In this document: positions 36,111-49,273 of the stretch, one piece after another
Layout of the letters: the number at the start of each line of letters is the position of its first letter
How positions within the stretch are numbered: position 1 is the first letter of the stretch
Source of the DNA: Moniliella sp. 'wahieum'
Taxonomy: Eukaryota
Assembly (NCBI GenBank): GCA_003971905.1
Contig: RSEE01000024.1
Coordinates: 186,001-250,000, forward strand
Length of the DNA: 64,000 nucleotides
Direction: 5' to 3'
The notes under the pieces: model-generated
What the model saw: the letters and a program-made list of their open reading frames with translations, nothing else
The model's database searches: none
Told to the model about the DNA's origin: nothing
Translations under genes and position numbers: made by a program

Positions 36111-37757
36111 ATGGCCACCCCGTCCACCCAGCAGCCTGCCCGCCCCGCCCGCCGGCTCTGTGCGCAGTGTGCGCGAGATCATCAACGGCCGCCAGCACTC
36201 CGTCATCTGCATCAGCGACGACGACGGGCCCTCCCCTGCCCCCTCCGAGGCTGGCCGCCCGCCCGCCCGCCCCCGCTCCGACCGCCACCCGCGCGAGCAT
36301 CCACGCCCGCACCGCCCGAGCACCTCCGCCCCAGCCCCGCCCTGGCCAACGCCGAACCCGCGCCGTCGAGCAAGCGCAAACGCGTCTCCGACCCCGACCG
36401 CCACCACAAGGCCCCGCGCACCACCCCCCCGACGCCGGCTCCACCAGCCACCGCGCCGACTTGGCCTCTGCCGCCGCCTCCCACCCCATCCCCCCCGTGC
36501 CTACCACCACCACATGGAACGCTTCCGCCGCCGGGGGGGCAGAGCGGCGCGCTCGCGTGCCGCCCTCATCTGTATGTCACTCCCCAACTCCCCCACCTCC
36601 AACCCCCTAGTCACTAGTCATCACCGTCTGGCACAGCATACTGACGTTTCCATTCCCAGGCCGCATCGGACGCGACCAAGACCGATAAGCCGATCGATGA
36701 TCCCGAAGGCCACTTTATTGTTCGGCCTGGTGACAACCTTACTCCGCGCTTCAAGATCCTATCGCAACTGGGCCAAGGCACATTCGGTAAGGTGGTTGAA
36801 TGCTTTGACCGTACCCAGCGCTCGCGGGTGGCCATCAAGGTGATTCGCGCCGTACAAAAGTACCGTGATGCGGCCAGATTGAAATCCGGGTGCTCAAGAC
36901 GCTGCGAGAGAACGATCCGCAGAACGAAAACCGGTGCATTCACCTTGTGCTGACGTTCAACTACAAGAACCACGTTTGCATCGTATCCGAGCTGCTGTCC
37001 AAGTCTGTATTTGACTTTTTGAAGGAGAATGAGTTCCATCCGTTCCCCTCAACCCACATTTGGAGCTTTGCCAAGCAGCTGCTCAAGAGCGTTGCCTTTC
37101 TTCATTCTCTCCAGCTCATCCACACCGACCTCAAGCCAGAGAACATCTTGTTGGAAGATAGCCAATATGTGACCAAACCCTGCTCCTCTCGCAACCCCAA
37201 CTCCAAACGGTGGAAGATCTTGACCAACACCGCGCTCCGCCTCATTGACTTTGGCTCGGCCACCTTTAACGACGAGTACCACTCGACGGTCGTGTCCACC
37301 CGACACTACCGTGCCCCCGAGATTATGCTGGGACTGGGCTGGTCGTTCCCCTGCGACGCGTGGAGCATCGGATGCATTCTCATCGAGTTCCACACGGGCG
37401 ACGCGCTCTTCCAAACCCCACAACGATCTCGAGCACCTGGCCATGATGGAAGCGTGTCTCGGCCCTATGCCGGAAGCGTTCCGGCAACACGCCGAGCAGC
37501 ACAAGCCTGAATTTTTCCGCAATGGCCGGCTGCACTACCCCAACAGCCAAACCTCGCGCAACTCGCAACGCTATGTGAGGGGGATGAAGAAGATCGCCGA
37601 CGTGCTCACCTACCCTTCCGCCTACTCGAAACACAACCTCCGCTTCCTCCACCTTCTTCGCAAGTTACTGGAGTACGATCCGGCCCAGCGCATCTCGGTC
37701 CATGAGGCGCTCAAGCACCCTTACTTTGATCTTAGTGCCAGCGAGTTCCCGCCATGA
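36111..37757 (+). CDS. LAMMER/CLK dual-specificity protein kinase (Kns1/Lkh1-like)
   Basis: DDPEGHFIV...LGQGTFGKVVEC...VAIKVIRAVQKYRDAA, HTDLKPENILL, LIDFGSATF, VVSTRHYRAPE, and the EHLAMME signature. Intron at ~36572-36659. Confidence 0.96.
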
Positions 37758-38178
37758 GGTAAGGGACGAGACTGTGCTGGTTCCCCGTGCTCGCGAAGGG
37801 TTGGGGTGTGTATGTTCGTCGACTGGTCCATCCGTTTCTGTGGTTCTTGTATTCTGCATAGCAAATGCCAATGCCCCATGTTGTTTGTTCCTTGGATAAG
37901 TACAAAGTGGCAACCGGCCAAGCGAAGTCTACCTGTTGGGCAGGTCTGCTGGGGGAGCCAGGTCGAGGAAAGAGAAGGGATAGGATGGGGTGTTTTTTAT
38001 TTCTTTTTTCTTTTTTTTCTCTTTATACTTGGACAGTGCTGCCCGCAATCCTGAACGATTGAAACGGACGTGGTGTTCCGCCACGCGTCGCGCTGGGCGC
38101 GTAGATGCCAAGAAGGCGGATCAAATGGTTGCTTGGCTGGCCACCCACCCCGCTTCCACCATCGCCATACCCACCACC

Positions 38179-39624
38179 ATGGCCAGCAAGGGCAAGGGCA
38201 AGGCTACCGACGACAAGCCCTCGGAGAATGATCTGCTTCCCTGGTACGCACATCTCCGCCACCCCATCTGTTCTCCTCGCTGCCCTCGCTGACCTCCTGC
38301 AGGGTCGAGAAGTACCGCCCCACCTCGATGGACGACCTAGTCGCTCATGAGGACATTACTTCCACTTGTGCGTATCTTTTCTCCGTTGGCGCGGGTTTGT
38401 GCTCACCCCCATATTTCTCGCCCCTCTCTCAGTGGTCCGTTTTGCCGACCAACACCGGCTTCCTCACCTCCTCTTCTACGGCCCGCCCGGCACAGGCAAA
38501 ACATCTACCATCCTTGCCCTGGCGCGGAAACTGTATGGCGCCTCGCTCTCGGCCCACGTCCTCGAGCTCAACGCCTCGGACGAACGTGGCATTGATGTGG
38601 TGCGGGAACGCATCAAGTCATTTGCCTCAATGTCGCTCTACACCGCCGCCTCTTCCCCCGCCGCGGCGACTTTCAAGTTGGTCATCCTCGACGAGGCAGA
38701 CGCCATGACCCAAGCTGCCCAGGGAGCCTTGCGCCGCGGTACGCCCCCCCCCCCCCCTCTCTTCCTCTCCCGCCCCCCCCCCGTCATACGTCCTCTTCTC
38801 TGCTCTTGAGAAAGATGTGGTGGCAGCGTGCTGACTGTTGCGGTAGTCGTCGAGCAGTACACGAAGAATGTCCGTTTCTGCATCATTTGCAACTACGTCA
38901 ACAAGATCATTCCGGCGATTCAATCGCGCTGCACGCGCTTCCGCTTTTCGCCTCTCTCTACCGAACAGATCGAATCCCGATTAGACCATGTCGCTGAGCA
39001 GGAACAGTACGTCCACTACCGCCTCCCCTCCCCCCCTGCCTTGCCACACACACACCCACACACACATACCTAACCGTACCGCCTTCCCGTCGAGCGCAGC
39101 GTGAGCATCACGGCCGATGGCAAGGAAGCGCTGCGTGAGCTGTCGCAGGGCGACATGCGACGTGCGCTCAATATTCTCCAGGCTTGCCATGCCGCCTACG
39201 ACAAGGTCGATGCGGATGCAGTGTACAACTGTACCGGCGCCCCGCAGCCGGCTGACGTGCAGGCCATCTTGCAGGAGATGCTCGAATCCGAATTCACCAC
39301 CGCTTACACAGGTACGTCCCCGCACTCGCTTTTGGGCAGGGCAGTCTAGACCTACTTCGCATGTACTGATTGGACTGTTGGAACCCTACAGCCATTACGC
39401 AGCTCAAGGCGAGCAAGGGCCTGGCTTTGGCAGATGTACTGGGCAGCCTGTATGCGCTGCTGCAGACCTACGGCCTTTCCGCCGCGGCGCGCGTCATGCT
39501 CCTCGACCACCTGGCTACCGCCGAGTACCGCCTCTCGACAGGCGCGAGCGAAAAGGTCCAGCTCTCCGCGCTGCTGGGCGCGGTCAAGATGGCGATGGAG
39601 GTCAACCGCAAAGAGAGCCAGTGA
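38179..39624 (+). CDS. RFC3: Replication factor C small subunit (yeast Rfc3 / human RFC5 type), about 5 introns
   Basis: [133 protein letters not shown]. Confidence 0.95.
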
Positions 39625-39966
39625 TCTGTTGGTCTGGCTCAGCGGGGTGACCAACAGGCCACCGGGCCAATGGTCCCACAGAGGATGGAGGAGGCTGCTG
39701 GGAGGGCAGCGGCAGACGGATGGGATGCACCTCGGCACAGGAGGACGAAATGCAGACACTCGGCACAGATATACTCACGAGTCACTGGGCAGTCCGTGCG
39801 TGCTGCTTGAAGCTTGAGGTGGTTGTTTCGAGAGCCCCACACGGATGATTACGTACTCGGCCTGCGGTGCTTTCACACCCCCCCTGCTCGGTCACCGGCC
39901 ATCCATCCTCCTTAGCACATAGCATTGGCCATCGCACTCCCTGTTCCCCCCGCCCTCGCCACCACC

Positions 39967-42466
39967 ATGCCCGCGCTCGCCGACACGCTCCTGGCGCCCG
40001 ACGAGCGGCTGGGCACATTCGTCTCGCTGCTCCATGCGCCCACTGCCTCCAGCGCCCACCTCGCCCTGCTCGACGACAACACCCTCTATGGCTCCATCGC
40101 CTTTTATCTCTCCTCCCTCAGTGCGCCCGAGCAGGCCGCCCACCTCGCCGCCGCCGTCGCCTCCTCGGGCGCATTCTGGGCCAGTCCTCCCCCGCGCTTC
40201 GTCCAGGGCCAGGCCAGTGTGCTCGCCCGGCGTGCACACAACCTCGCTCGCGCCGTAGCCCAGGCCACCTCCCGCCGCCTCGACCTCCTCCTGCGTGCGC
40301 GCTCGGGCGCCAGCGGCGCAGGCACCCAACGTGCCCTCGCTCAATGGGTCACTGCCCTGGCTCAAGCCGCCGAGTCCGACTCGCTTCTGAGCCTTGCCAC
40401 AGGCGCAGTCGACGACGAAGAGGCTACCGGCCCTACCCTGTTAGCTGCCTGGACCAGCGCAGGCGCCGACCCCCAGTTGGCTGGCCTGTATGGCACCCCG
40501 CTCCCGCGCTTAGCTATCCTCACTGGTCTCCTCCTCGGTCTCCATGCAATCAAGGAACAGCGCTCTAGCGGTACCCGCTCCTCCAAGGGTGTCAAGACGG
40601 GTAAAATTCGCCGGCACGTGGAGAAGTTGTGGCTCTCCACCCTCGGCCAGAGCGTGGAGGTGATCCAGCGTATCTTATCGCCCGCCTCGGACCCCGTGGA
40701 CACGACCGACTCGGACGATGCGTGGGAAAAGGAGTTTTCCCGGAGACTGGTGCTGCTGGAGCCATCGCCTTATCCGGGGAATGGACGTTCAACGCCCGTC
40801 GGACGGTGTGGGAGGCGACCATCCTCCTCGCTGGCCAGGCTGGACATTACGTTCCGGAAGACCTGGTCCGTTCCCATCTTCCTTCCAGTGTGTTTGTCCA
40901 AGTTGCTTCCGACGCGCTCCTGGGGCTGTACGAACAACACGATTTCCTTGCCTCGCTCCAATCGGGTAAGGTGGATGCACTCCATGCTGACCCAATCTAT
41001 CCTTGGCTTGGACCCCTTTCCCGTCTCACGTCGTTTGCGTTGGGTCAGAGCGCCCTTGAGACCACGCCTCTTGAGGCTTCGGACCTGCTCTTGGGGCACG
41101 GTATTGTCCCGCCCTTGCTGACGAGAATCGAATCCTTGACGAGTTCCTTGACGAAACGATGGGACGCATCGCCACTCTCTTCCCCCACCACAAAGGAACA
41201 CACGGCAGCCAAAGAGGTGATTTGGACCGAACTTCGCCGCATTGTTTTCTCGGCAACAATGTTGTTTGATGCGCTGGTAGAGTCGGTTGTCGACATGGTA
41301 CCCTCCCCCACCGAGAGCGTGCCCATCCCACCTTCTGAGGAACCTTACCACCCCGCCTCGGCATCCAACATCCCTTCCCCTACCTGGCGCTGATCCAATC
41401 GTGCCTACTCACGTACGGCAATATGTACTTTGTCGCGCACGTGTATGGCAGCGACACGCTCACGGCCTACAAACGTGTCTTCACCTCGTGTCTTGATCTG
41501 CTCCAACGCGACGCCCAAGCTTCCGTCCACTTTTTGCGCCAGATCGACCCGGACGAGCTACTGAGCCACCAAATTTTCTACCTCGACGTGGCTGAGCAGC
41601 TGGTATCTTGCGCCCGAGGACCTGGTGGAACAACAGATCTTGCCCTTTGCCCACCGCTTCCTCCTCTCCAAAAATGCCCCCGACGCTTTCGAATCGGCTC
41701 ATTCCCTCGTCCTCGCCATCTTTGCCAACCGCAAACAAGTCTGTACCGACTTCACTCCCTACTATGTCTCTCTGCTGTTGAAGGTATGCCACATCCCCCT
41801 CCTCCCCCTCCTCCCCCTCCCCCTCCCTCCCTCCATCTCCAGACACATCCTCTGCCCGTATATCAGAAACCGAAGTAACCCTGACACCCTCCTCGCTCTC
41901 GCTCTCCCCACAAGCTGTACCCCACCACCCTGAGCACAGAACAATTCCAGCTCGCCTTTTCCGTCTTGGTCGATACCGTTTCGGGGCAAGACGATGGGCT
42001 GGCGTGGTGGGCGCTATCGCAGCTCGAAGCGCACACCAATACCGCACGCACCTTGCTCGGCCAAAGTCAAACTTACTCCAGCGCCACTTTGTCCGTCTTG
42101 CAAACTACCTACGCAGCCCAGTTGGCCAGCGTTAACTTGGTCCTCGTTCGTCGTGTCCTCGCTGTGGTCGAACCCTGGATCGCGGAATTAAGTCCCGTTC
42201 CGGCCGGCGGATCGGGATCCAGCTCGCTCTCCAACCCGGTCTCGAGCTCTGGTTCCGTCTCGAACTCGGGCTCCGTCTCGGGCTCCGCTTCTAGTCCCCC
42301 ACTTCCCCACGCTGAGACCGCAGGCGAGAGAGAAATGCGCCACTCTGCCCTGTGCAAAGCCGTGTGGGACGCGCTGGGACGAGTGGATGTGTCGGCGCAG
42401 GAAGAAGGGTTCCGATGGTGGACCGAGCACCGCGCCGCGTTTGGTTTGCCCCTCACCAAGCTCTAG
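39967..42466 (+). CDS. All-helical protein, putative peroxin Pex8-like, ending in the PTS1-like tripeptide TKL
   Basis: Chained ORFs 39925, 40629, 41423, 41625 and 41966. Segments IWTELRRIVFSATMLF, AYKRVFTSCLDLL, FYLDVAEQLV, FESAHSLVLAIF, LSTEQFQLAFSVLV and EEGFRWW resemble, from memory, the fungal Pex8 family (often labelled Pex17). Ends FGLPLTKL-TAG. Confidence 0.55.
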
Positions 42467-43050
42467 CTCTGCCTCTAGAACACCGAAACCCCCAAAAAAC
42501 CAAAATGGAAGACGAATTACGAAAACCAAGGACGGCAACGGTCTTGTCAATCCATTCGTCATGTCGCTTGACTTGGATGGGTGCTGCGATAGGTAGCCCC
42601 AAGTCGGGTATATAGGTGGTATTTCAGGTACACAGGTCACTGGCCTCAAGCTGACGGTGCGCTGGGTCGAGATTCATGGGACCCAGTGTGGACAGGAAAA
42701 CAGGTGGAGGGACTACGCACGAGCTGGTATACTTGCTCATTGTGAGCGACACGCATCCAGTCGTCCGGGGATAGGTGCAGGCCCTTGTCCGGCACCCACC
42801 TCCTCGCCGCCCCGCCGCCGGGCCCGTTCAAGCGCACGAGTGTCCGCGGCAAGGATGAGTGCGCGCTCCTGTAGCAGTAGAGAGCGAGCGTCGGCCCCCT
42901 TGCCTATTCAAAAGTACTATAATTATCACCCGCGCGGCAGAGGCAGCGCTTGCACCGAAAACCCACGCCCACCCAACGTGGCCCTCCGCCTCCGCTCCTC
43001 CTCATCACCTCACCCGCCGGCCTGCCACCACCACCGCCACCACCGCCGCC

Positions 43051-45770
43051 ATGGCCCAGGCCGACTTGGACCTCGTGCATGCCGACCTCGCTGCCCACCC
43101 CCTCTTCCTTTCCGCCACCCCCCTCACTGCCGCCAAGCTGGAGCGGGAGGTGCTGCCGTCGCTGCAGCGTCAGGCTGTTGCGCTCGATGCACGCCTAGCG
43201 CGCGCCAACAGCGACCTTCAGCAAAGCGTTCACCGCGAGTTGGACCACGTTGCTCGCATCCTCCGCGACACGTCGGATGCTCCGGACGCCATGCCTTCGC
43301 GCATCGCCCATGTCGATCAGGACCTTGCCAGCCTCACACCTCTCCTTGAGCCGGGGGACAAGTCGATACGCTGCAGGCCCAGTTGGATGCGCTGGAGGAC
43401 CTGTATGCGGCCCGTGGGTACTACCGTTTGCTAGCGGAGGCAGATGAATTGGCCCAGGCCGCTGTGCGTGCCAATGCACAGACCGATCCCACACAAGACC
43501 CCGAGCAGGACCCTCAACAGCGCGCCCTCGAGATCCTGCTGGACCTGGCGGCACTCGTGCAACGCGTCACTGCATCTTGGTCTGCCACCACCGGAGCCGA
43601 GCCTAAGCTTCTGGGGTACCTGCGTGCACAGCTTTCTACCACCTACGACAGCCTGCATCGTACGCGGGCCGAAGCGCTGGCCAGTGCACTGACTCGCGCT
43701 GGGTGGCCCGTATCGACGGTAAATGAGGAACAACTGACGAGGAAAAAGTACGATGAGGATGCGGTCCGGGAAGAGGAACTGCGCATCCTCCTTGCTCCAT
43801 CCGTACGGAACGCTTTCTTTGACCTCTGTGCGCTACAACGCGTGGGAGATGGGTCGATCTGGCCCGACCCCAACGCTCCCTCCACTTACTTCTTACCCCC
43901 GAGGCCAGCTTGACTACCAGTGTGCCCGCCGGGACTGTCAACTACACACCGCTCTTCCGAGCGCCGTGCCTCCTGCTGCCTACGCTCCAACGCTTGCCTA
44001 CCACTTCGATGCGGACCACCCGTCGAACCGGCTAGACAAGCCCGAGTGGTGGATGCGCCACTTGTTCGATGTGTTGGTGCACCAGTGGGCGCTGTGGCGG
44101 CCCGGTCAGGGCGTGGGCGAGTTGTATGCGATCAGTGGGTATGGTGGCGATACACTTCAGGAACTGTTGCACGGCATCCTCACCACAGCGCGGACCAAGC
44201 TCGAGTCCAGCGTGCCGCTTATGCTCCCGCATGCGCACCTGCTCGCCCACACGCTCTTCTCAGCGTTGGAGTTTGATTCCCAAGTAGCGGAGATTGCTAC
44301 GGATGAGCACGTTCGTCCCGCTCTCAGCCTCGCGTCCGTCCTACTCGATCGGGAAGAATGGTTCGAAGCGTGGTTGATGGGCGAGAAGGAGCATGGGCTC
44401 CGAACGTTGCGAGGTATCCTCGACGCTCCCAATGCCTGGAACATCGTCTTGGCCGACGGGACGGACGACGAGGGCGCCGAAAGCGCTCCGGTTGTCGGCA
44501 CGGTGCTCACTCCCGGTGGTGCCAAAGCACCTCTTCCAAGGACGACGGTGAGTTCGCGGGAGCTGGTCGAGCTGCTGGAGCATGTTACTTCCTCTACGTC
44601 CGCTTCCAGCTGGCCGTCCACTTTGCACCACCGTCACGCCTTTTTCCAGCAAGTACAGGCGCCTCTAGTGGAGAACTATGCGGCCACGCTCCCGCTGCCC
44701 TCGATAGTTTCGAAGCTTCCTCCAATGTGTTGCACGGCACATGCCAGGCTCGATGATGGGCGAGACCAAGGTGGAAGGTCCACCGATTCGCGGTGCCCAG
44801 GGCACCGAACGACTGGCGTCAGTATATGTCAGCGCTTACTACCTCCGTGCCTCGTTGACCCTCTGGGCTTCCCAGGGTTTCTTCCTCGAGCTCTCGCATG
44901 ACCTGGGCGGCGCCGACGCGGGCATTTGGGCCCCCTTGATCGACCAGCTGACCACGCTGGAAGAACGAGCGGCGCACTCCATTCGTCGGCTTGTCGTTGC
45001 CGAAGTGGCCGACGCTCTGGTCGAATATAGTCGCAGGTACGTTGGCGAATTGCGTTGGGAATGGGACCACTGACATGGACATTGACATGGACATTGCCAT
45101 GGACATTGCCGGTGATTGCCGGTGACATTGCCGGTGACATTGACACTGACACCTCTCTCTCGCTCTCTCTCTCTCAAGGTCGGTGGGTGGAAGCGCAGGA
45201 CGAACTGCACCCGTCCGAGCCTGAGCCGATTCGATTCCCACCGCCTCCTTCTTCCGGCCTTATCGTGCTTTTCTGCCCACTTAACCCAGCTAGCCCAAAG
45301 TCTTTCCTCGCCCTCGATCCTGCTCCCGCTGTACCGCACGCTCGCTCGCGCCATTAGCGACACGCTCCTGGACAAGGTCGTCCTCGCCGGCGGCTCCCGT
45401 CGGTTCGACTACACGGGTGCCCGCCGGTTCTACCTCGACGCGCAGCAGGGATGGAAATCGGTGGTGCAAGACTTAGCCGTCAGAGCACAAGAACAGGGCC
45501 AGATGCACTATTTGGACGTCGTCCGGGCGTCGCGTTCCGCTCCCTGGACCAGGCTGCCCAACTACTCGCCCTGCCCCTGAACCAGAAGGCGTCAGTCTGG
45601 TGGCCCGACCACGCACTTGGCCCCCGCCTGCCGCGTGGACCATCGCCGATGGCATCTATGCTGCGTTCGACCTCGATGACGGCATGCCCGCAGTGCAAGA
45701 ACAGGTAGGCAACAACGTGCCCCCGCTGGTGCGCGAACTGCTGCGCCGACGGGTCGAGTGTTGGCGCTGA
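43051..45770 (+). CDS. TIP20: RINT-1/Tip20 subunit of the Dsl1 ER tethering complex
   Basis: N-terminal coiled coil, signature YHFDADHPSNRLDKPEW, LLAHTLFSALEFD, WFEAWLMGEK, FFLEL, LYRTLARAISDTL, ending LLRRRVECWR. Intron at ~45037-45178. Confidence 0.9.
45071..45150. repeat. Degenerate 12-bp tandem repeat (GACATTG core) inside the TIP20 intron
   Basis: tgacatggacattgacatggacattgccatggacattgccggtgattgccggtgacattgccggtgacattgacactgac. Confidence 0.85.
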
Positions 45771-45976
45771 ATGCATGCATGCCATTCAGGAGCTGTGCGC
45801 GGGGAGGCAGCTGCGGAGCGTAGAAGCACTATGGATAGGTTTAGAGACGACGCTGTGGGACCAGGGCTTGGACGAGGCGATGGATGGGATTGGAGGGGAG
45901 GGGGAGTAGAGGGGTAGGTAGGGGGGAGGGGTGTCCCACTGTTACGTTACGTTGCGTTGCGTTGTGTTGTGTTACG

Positions 45977-46398
45977 TTACTGAACCAAACTGGCCAGTTT
46001 CTGTTCCACTTCTGCCTTGCTCAGGCCAGCCAGCTCAACGTGCTTCTCCACGCCACGGTCTGGGCGAGCAGGACGGCAGGGGAAATCGGTAGGGGTTAGC
46101 GGGGACCGGGGGGGAAGGAGAAGGAGAAGGGAGAAGGAGAAGAGGAGAAGGAGAAGAAGGAGAAGGAGAAGGAGAAGGAGAAGGAGAAGAAGGAGACGCA
46201 CCAAACGGGCAAAGGCAGGGCGGGGGGGGTACCCTGGGCCTCGCGGACCAGGAGGGGCAGCGAAGGGTTGGCCGCCTTGATCTGGGCATAGTTGGCCAGC
46301 ACAAACTCGAGCAGCCAGCGGACGATGCGCCCGAGTGGCAAAAGTGGACGCGCAGCTCCTTGAGCGCCGGGGGCAGCGCACGCGCAAAACGCCGACAT
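45977..46398 (-). CDS. NDUFA2: NADH:ubiquinone oxidoreductase subunit B8 (L51/S25/CI-B8 domain)
   Basis: After correcting slips: MSAFARALPPALKELRVHFCHSGASSAG...EFVLANYAQIKAANPSLPLLVREAQGTP..AFARF|intron 46060-46201|DRGVEKHVELAGLSKAEVEQKLASLVQ. Confidence 0.9.
46114..46195. repeat. (GAAGGA)n purine microsatellite, ~80 bp, inside the NDUFA2 intron
   Basis: gaaggagaaggagaagggagaaggagaagaggagaaggagaagaaggagaaggagaagg... Confidence 0.95.
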
Positions 46399-46901
46399 GG
46401 GAGCGCACCAGATCCAGCCGAGGGCAGGTGGAGCAGAGCGCCGGCCAGGAGGAGCAGCCAGCCCCACTGCCCCCTCCGGCCCGAGGCAGTTGCGCTTGCA
46501 TTAGAAATGGAGTCGGCACCCCATTCCGCCCCGTTCCGCCCCCCCCCGCCGCATCGCTCACTCGCTTCCTCATATAGTCAAGCACATTTATTTTTAGTGC
46601 TTCTCCGGTTCCCCCTCCCCTCCCGAGTGCCCTTCACATTTACATCAATCAGTGGTAGTGGGTATATGAGCGCTCTCGATATAATTCAACGTTAACCTCC
46701 CTGATTGAACGACTGCTTCCTGGGCGCCCTGAGCGCCTGAGCCCCCATCATCGACATGATCTGGTCCGCTACAGCAAAAAGCCCATGCATCGCATGGTGG
46801 GAAGTGTGAACCCATTGAAGCAAATAAATCGTAATTCCCAACAGAGGAAAAGCTGTTCCAGGTAGCACCTCAGCATCCTGCACACCAAGAGGCAGGTGTA
46901 A

Positions 46902-48432
46902 TTACATGTGCGCAAGCGTAGGCGGCCAAGGCAGGTTCTCATTAAAGTTGAGGTGAACCGACTTGGTGTTGGTGTACTCCTTGATCCCCTCAATGCCCAG
47001 TTCGCGGCCCATACCGGACGACTTGTACCCACCAAACGGCACGCCGTTGGACAAGATGGCATAATTGTTGACCCACACCGTACCTGCTTGGATCGCCCCC
47101 GAAACCCGCATGATGGTGCCCATGTCGCGCGCAAACACACCTGCGCCCAAGCCGTAGTCGGTATTGTTGCCGAGCGCGATGGCTTCTTCTTCCGTGTCGA
47201 ATTTGGCCACAGCCAAAACAGGACCAAAGATCTCATCGTCCACACCGCATCCCGGCCTTGCACCCGGAAAACACAGTGGGCGCGACCCAGTACCCCTTTT
47301 CAAACTTGGTGCCCTTGGCGCCGGGCCAGACGCCGCCGCCAAGCTCGAGCTTGGCCTCTTCTTGCCCAGTTCAATGTAGTGCAGGATCTTTTCTTGTTGT
47401 GCCTTGGAGATCTGGGGGCCTTGGAACGTATTGTCATTGAACGGGTCCCCAATTCCGTGCTCCTTCAGCGCCTGGATCAAGCGCGCCATAAATTCATCGT
47501 AAATCCCACTTTGCACAAACAGACGTGTACCCGCCGTGCAGTCCTGGCCCATGTTGAACATGAGCGCAAGAGCCACCCAGGGGATGGCCTGGTCCATGTC
47601 CACATCGTTAAACACCATCACGGGAGACTTGCCACCCAACTCGAGCGTGATCTTCTTCAAGTTGGACTTGGCGGCCATCTCCATAATCTTGCGGCCAGTG
47701 GCAGTCGAGCCAGTAAGGCAACCTTGTCAATTCCCTTGTGGTTCGCAATCGCCGAGCCCACATCGGCACCAAACCCATTGACCACCGACAAGACCCCAGC
47801 GGGGAAGCCCGCCTCGACGACCAACTCGGCAATCTTCAATGCCGTCATCGGCGTCTGTTCCGCCGGCTTGAGCACAACACAGTTGCCTGCCGCCAAGGCC
47901 GGCGCTAGCTTCCAGGACAACATGCCAATCGGGTAGTTCCAAGGAATAATCGCCCCGCACACACCCACTGGCTCATCTTGGTGTACGCCCAGCGCTGCTG
48001 CTCGTCAATCTCATTGTCCGGCCGACACCTTATCGGCCAACCAGCATAGTAGCGGAAGCACCCCCGCCGCATCTGCCACGTCCATCGTCTCGGCGACCCA
48101 GCGCGGCTTGCCACCGTCCAGCGACTCGAGGCTCCGCCAGCTCTTGGCATTCTTCTCCATCAGCTCGGCCAGCTTGAACAGTAGCTCGGCACGGCCAAGG
48201 GGTGTGCTGGGCGGCCCCAGGTGGTGCTGAAGCCTGTGTGGGCGCCTCGACGGCCAAATCCACATCGGCGGCCGAGCCGCGCTCCATAACGGCCAGCACC
48301 TCGCCCGTGGCGGGGTTGAAGGTCTCAAAGGTACGGCCCTCGACGGCCTTGTGGAACTGGTTGTTGATGAAGATGCCGTTGGGGGCCTTGAGGGTTGCGC
48401 CCGAGGGGCGAAGGGATGGAGAGCGTCGACAT
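46902..48432 (-). CDS. NAD(P)+ aldehyde dehydrogenase (ALDH1/2-like, fungal AldA type)
   Basis: [80 protein letters not shown] (catalytic Cys), [21 protein letters not shown]. Several frameshifts. Confidence 0.96.
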
Positions 48433-49273
48433 GGGCGAACGGAGGGGGGGAGAGGAAGAGACAGAGACAGAGAGGGAGGCCGATGGGTCAGGGGGGGGGA
48501 AGCAGGCGGCTTATAAGCAGCAATCTGGGATCTGGGTTCTGGGTTCTTGATCTGGGAATTCATCTGAATCGGAAGATACGATCCGAAGCGCTGGCTGGCT
48601 GTGGGCCCGGGGCCGAGTGCTACTATCCTACCATCCTACTACCCTGCTATCCTGCTATCCTCCGGCCTGCCCAACACGCGTCGACCCGACCGGTCGCCGT
48701 GCACGGGCGTTTGCGTTTGCGTGACTGAGGACGACGGGCGACGCGTGACGCGTGACGGAAGGCGACATGTGGCAGGCAGCGCCACTGCCGCGCTGCCCCC
48801 TGCCCGCAATCGAAATCTAATCGCCACCCGGGCACGGCGCCAGCCGCGGGGGGGGGCCCTGGCTGCTGGCCGGTGACGACCAGCCGATGCGATGCGTGAT
48901 GGGCGCACCGCGCGGCTCGGGCGTCGTTGCTGTTGGGGCGTGGCGCCAGTGTCTGCCTCCCACCCGCAGACACTCGTCGCCCGCCGTGCCGCATGCCCCA
49001 TGCCATGTGCAGCGTGCAGCGTGCAACGTTCAAATGGTCACGTGCGACCGTTGCCCCGCCTCGCCACGCGCGGTCGGGCGGGGCAGCGGGGCGGAACGCG
49101 GGTTCCGCCTGGGGCTCGTCTCGCGGCGCCGCGCCGGCCGCCGCTCACATGCATCACAGCCCGCCGAAGCGGCCGTCGGCGCTGGCGCGGGCGCGGGCGT
49201 CGCGCGCGGCATGGCTCTGGTCTCTGGTCTCTGGTCTCTTGCGCATTGCCCCCCCCGCCTCCCCTCCCCCGCC

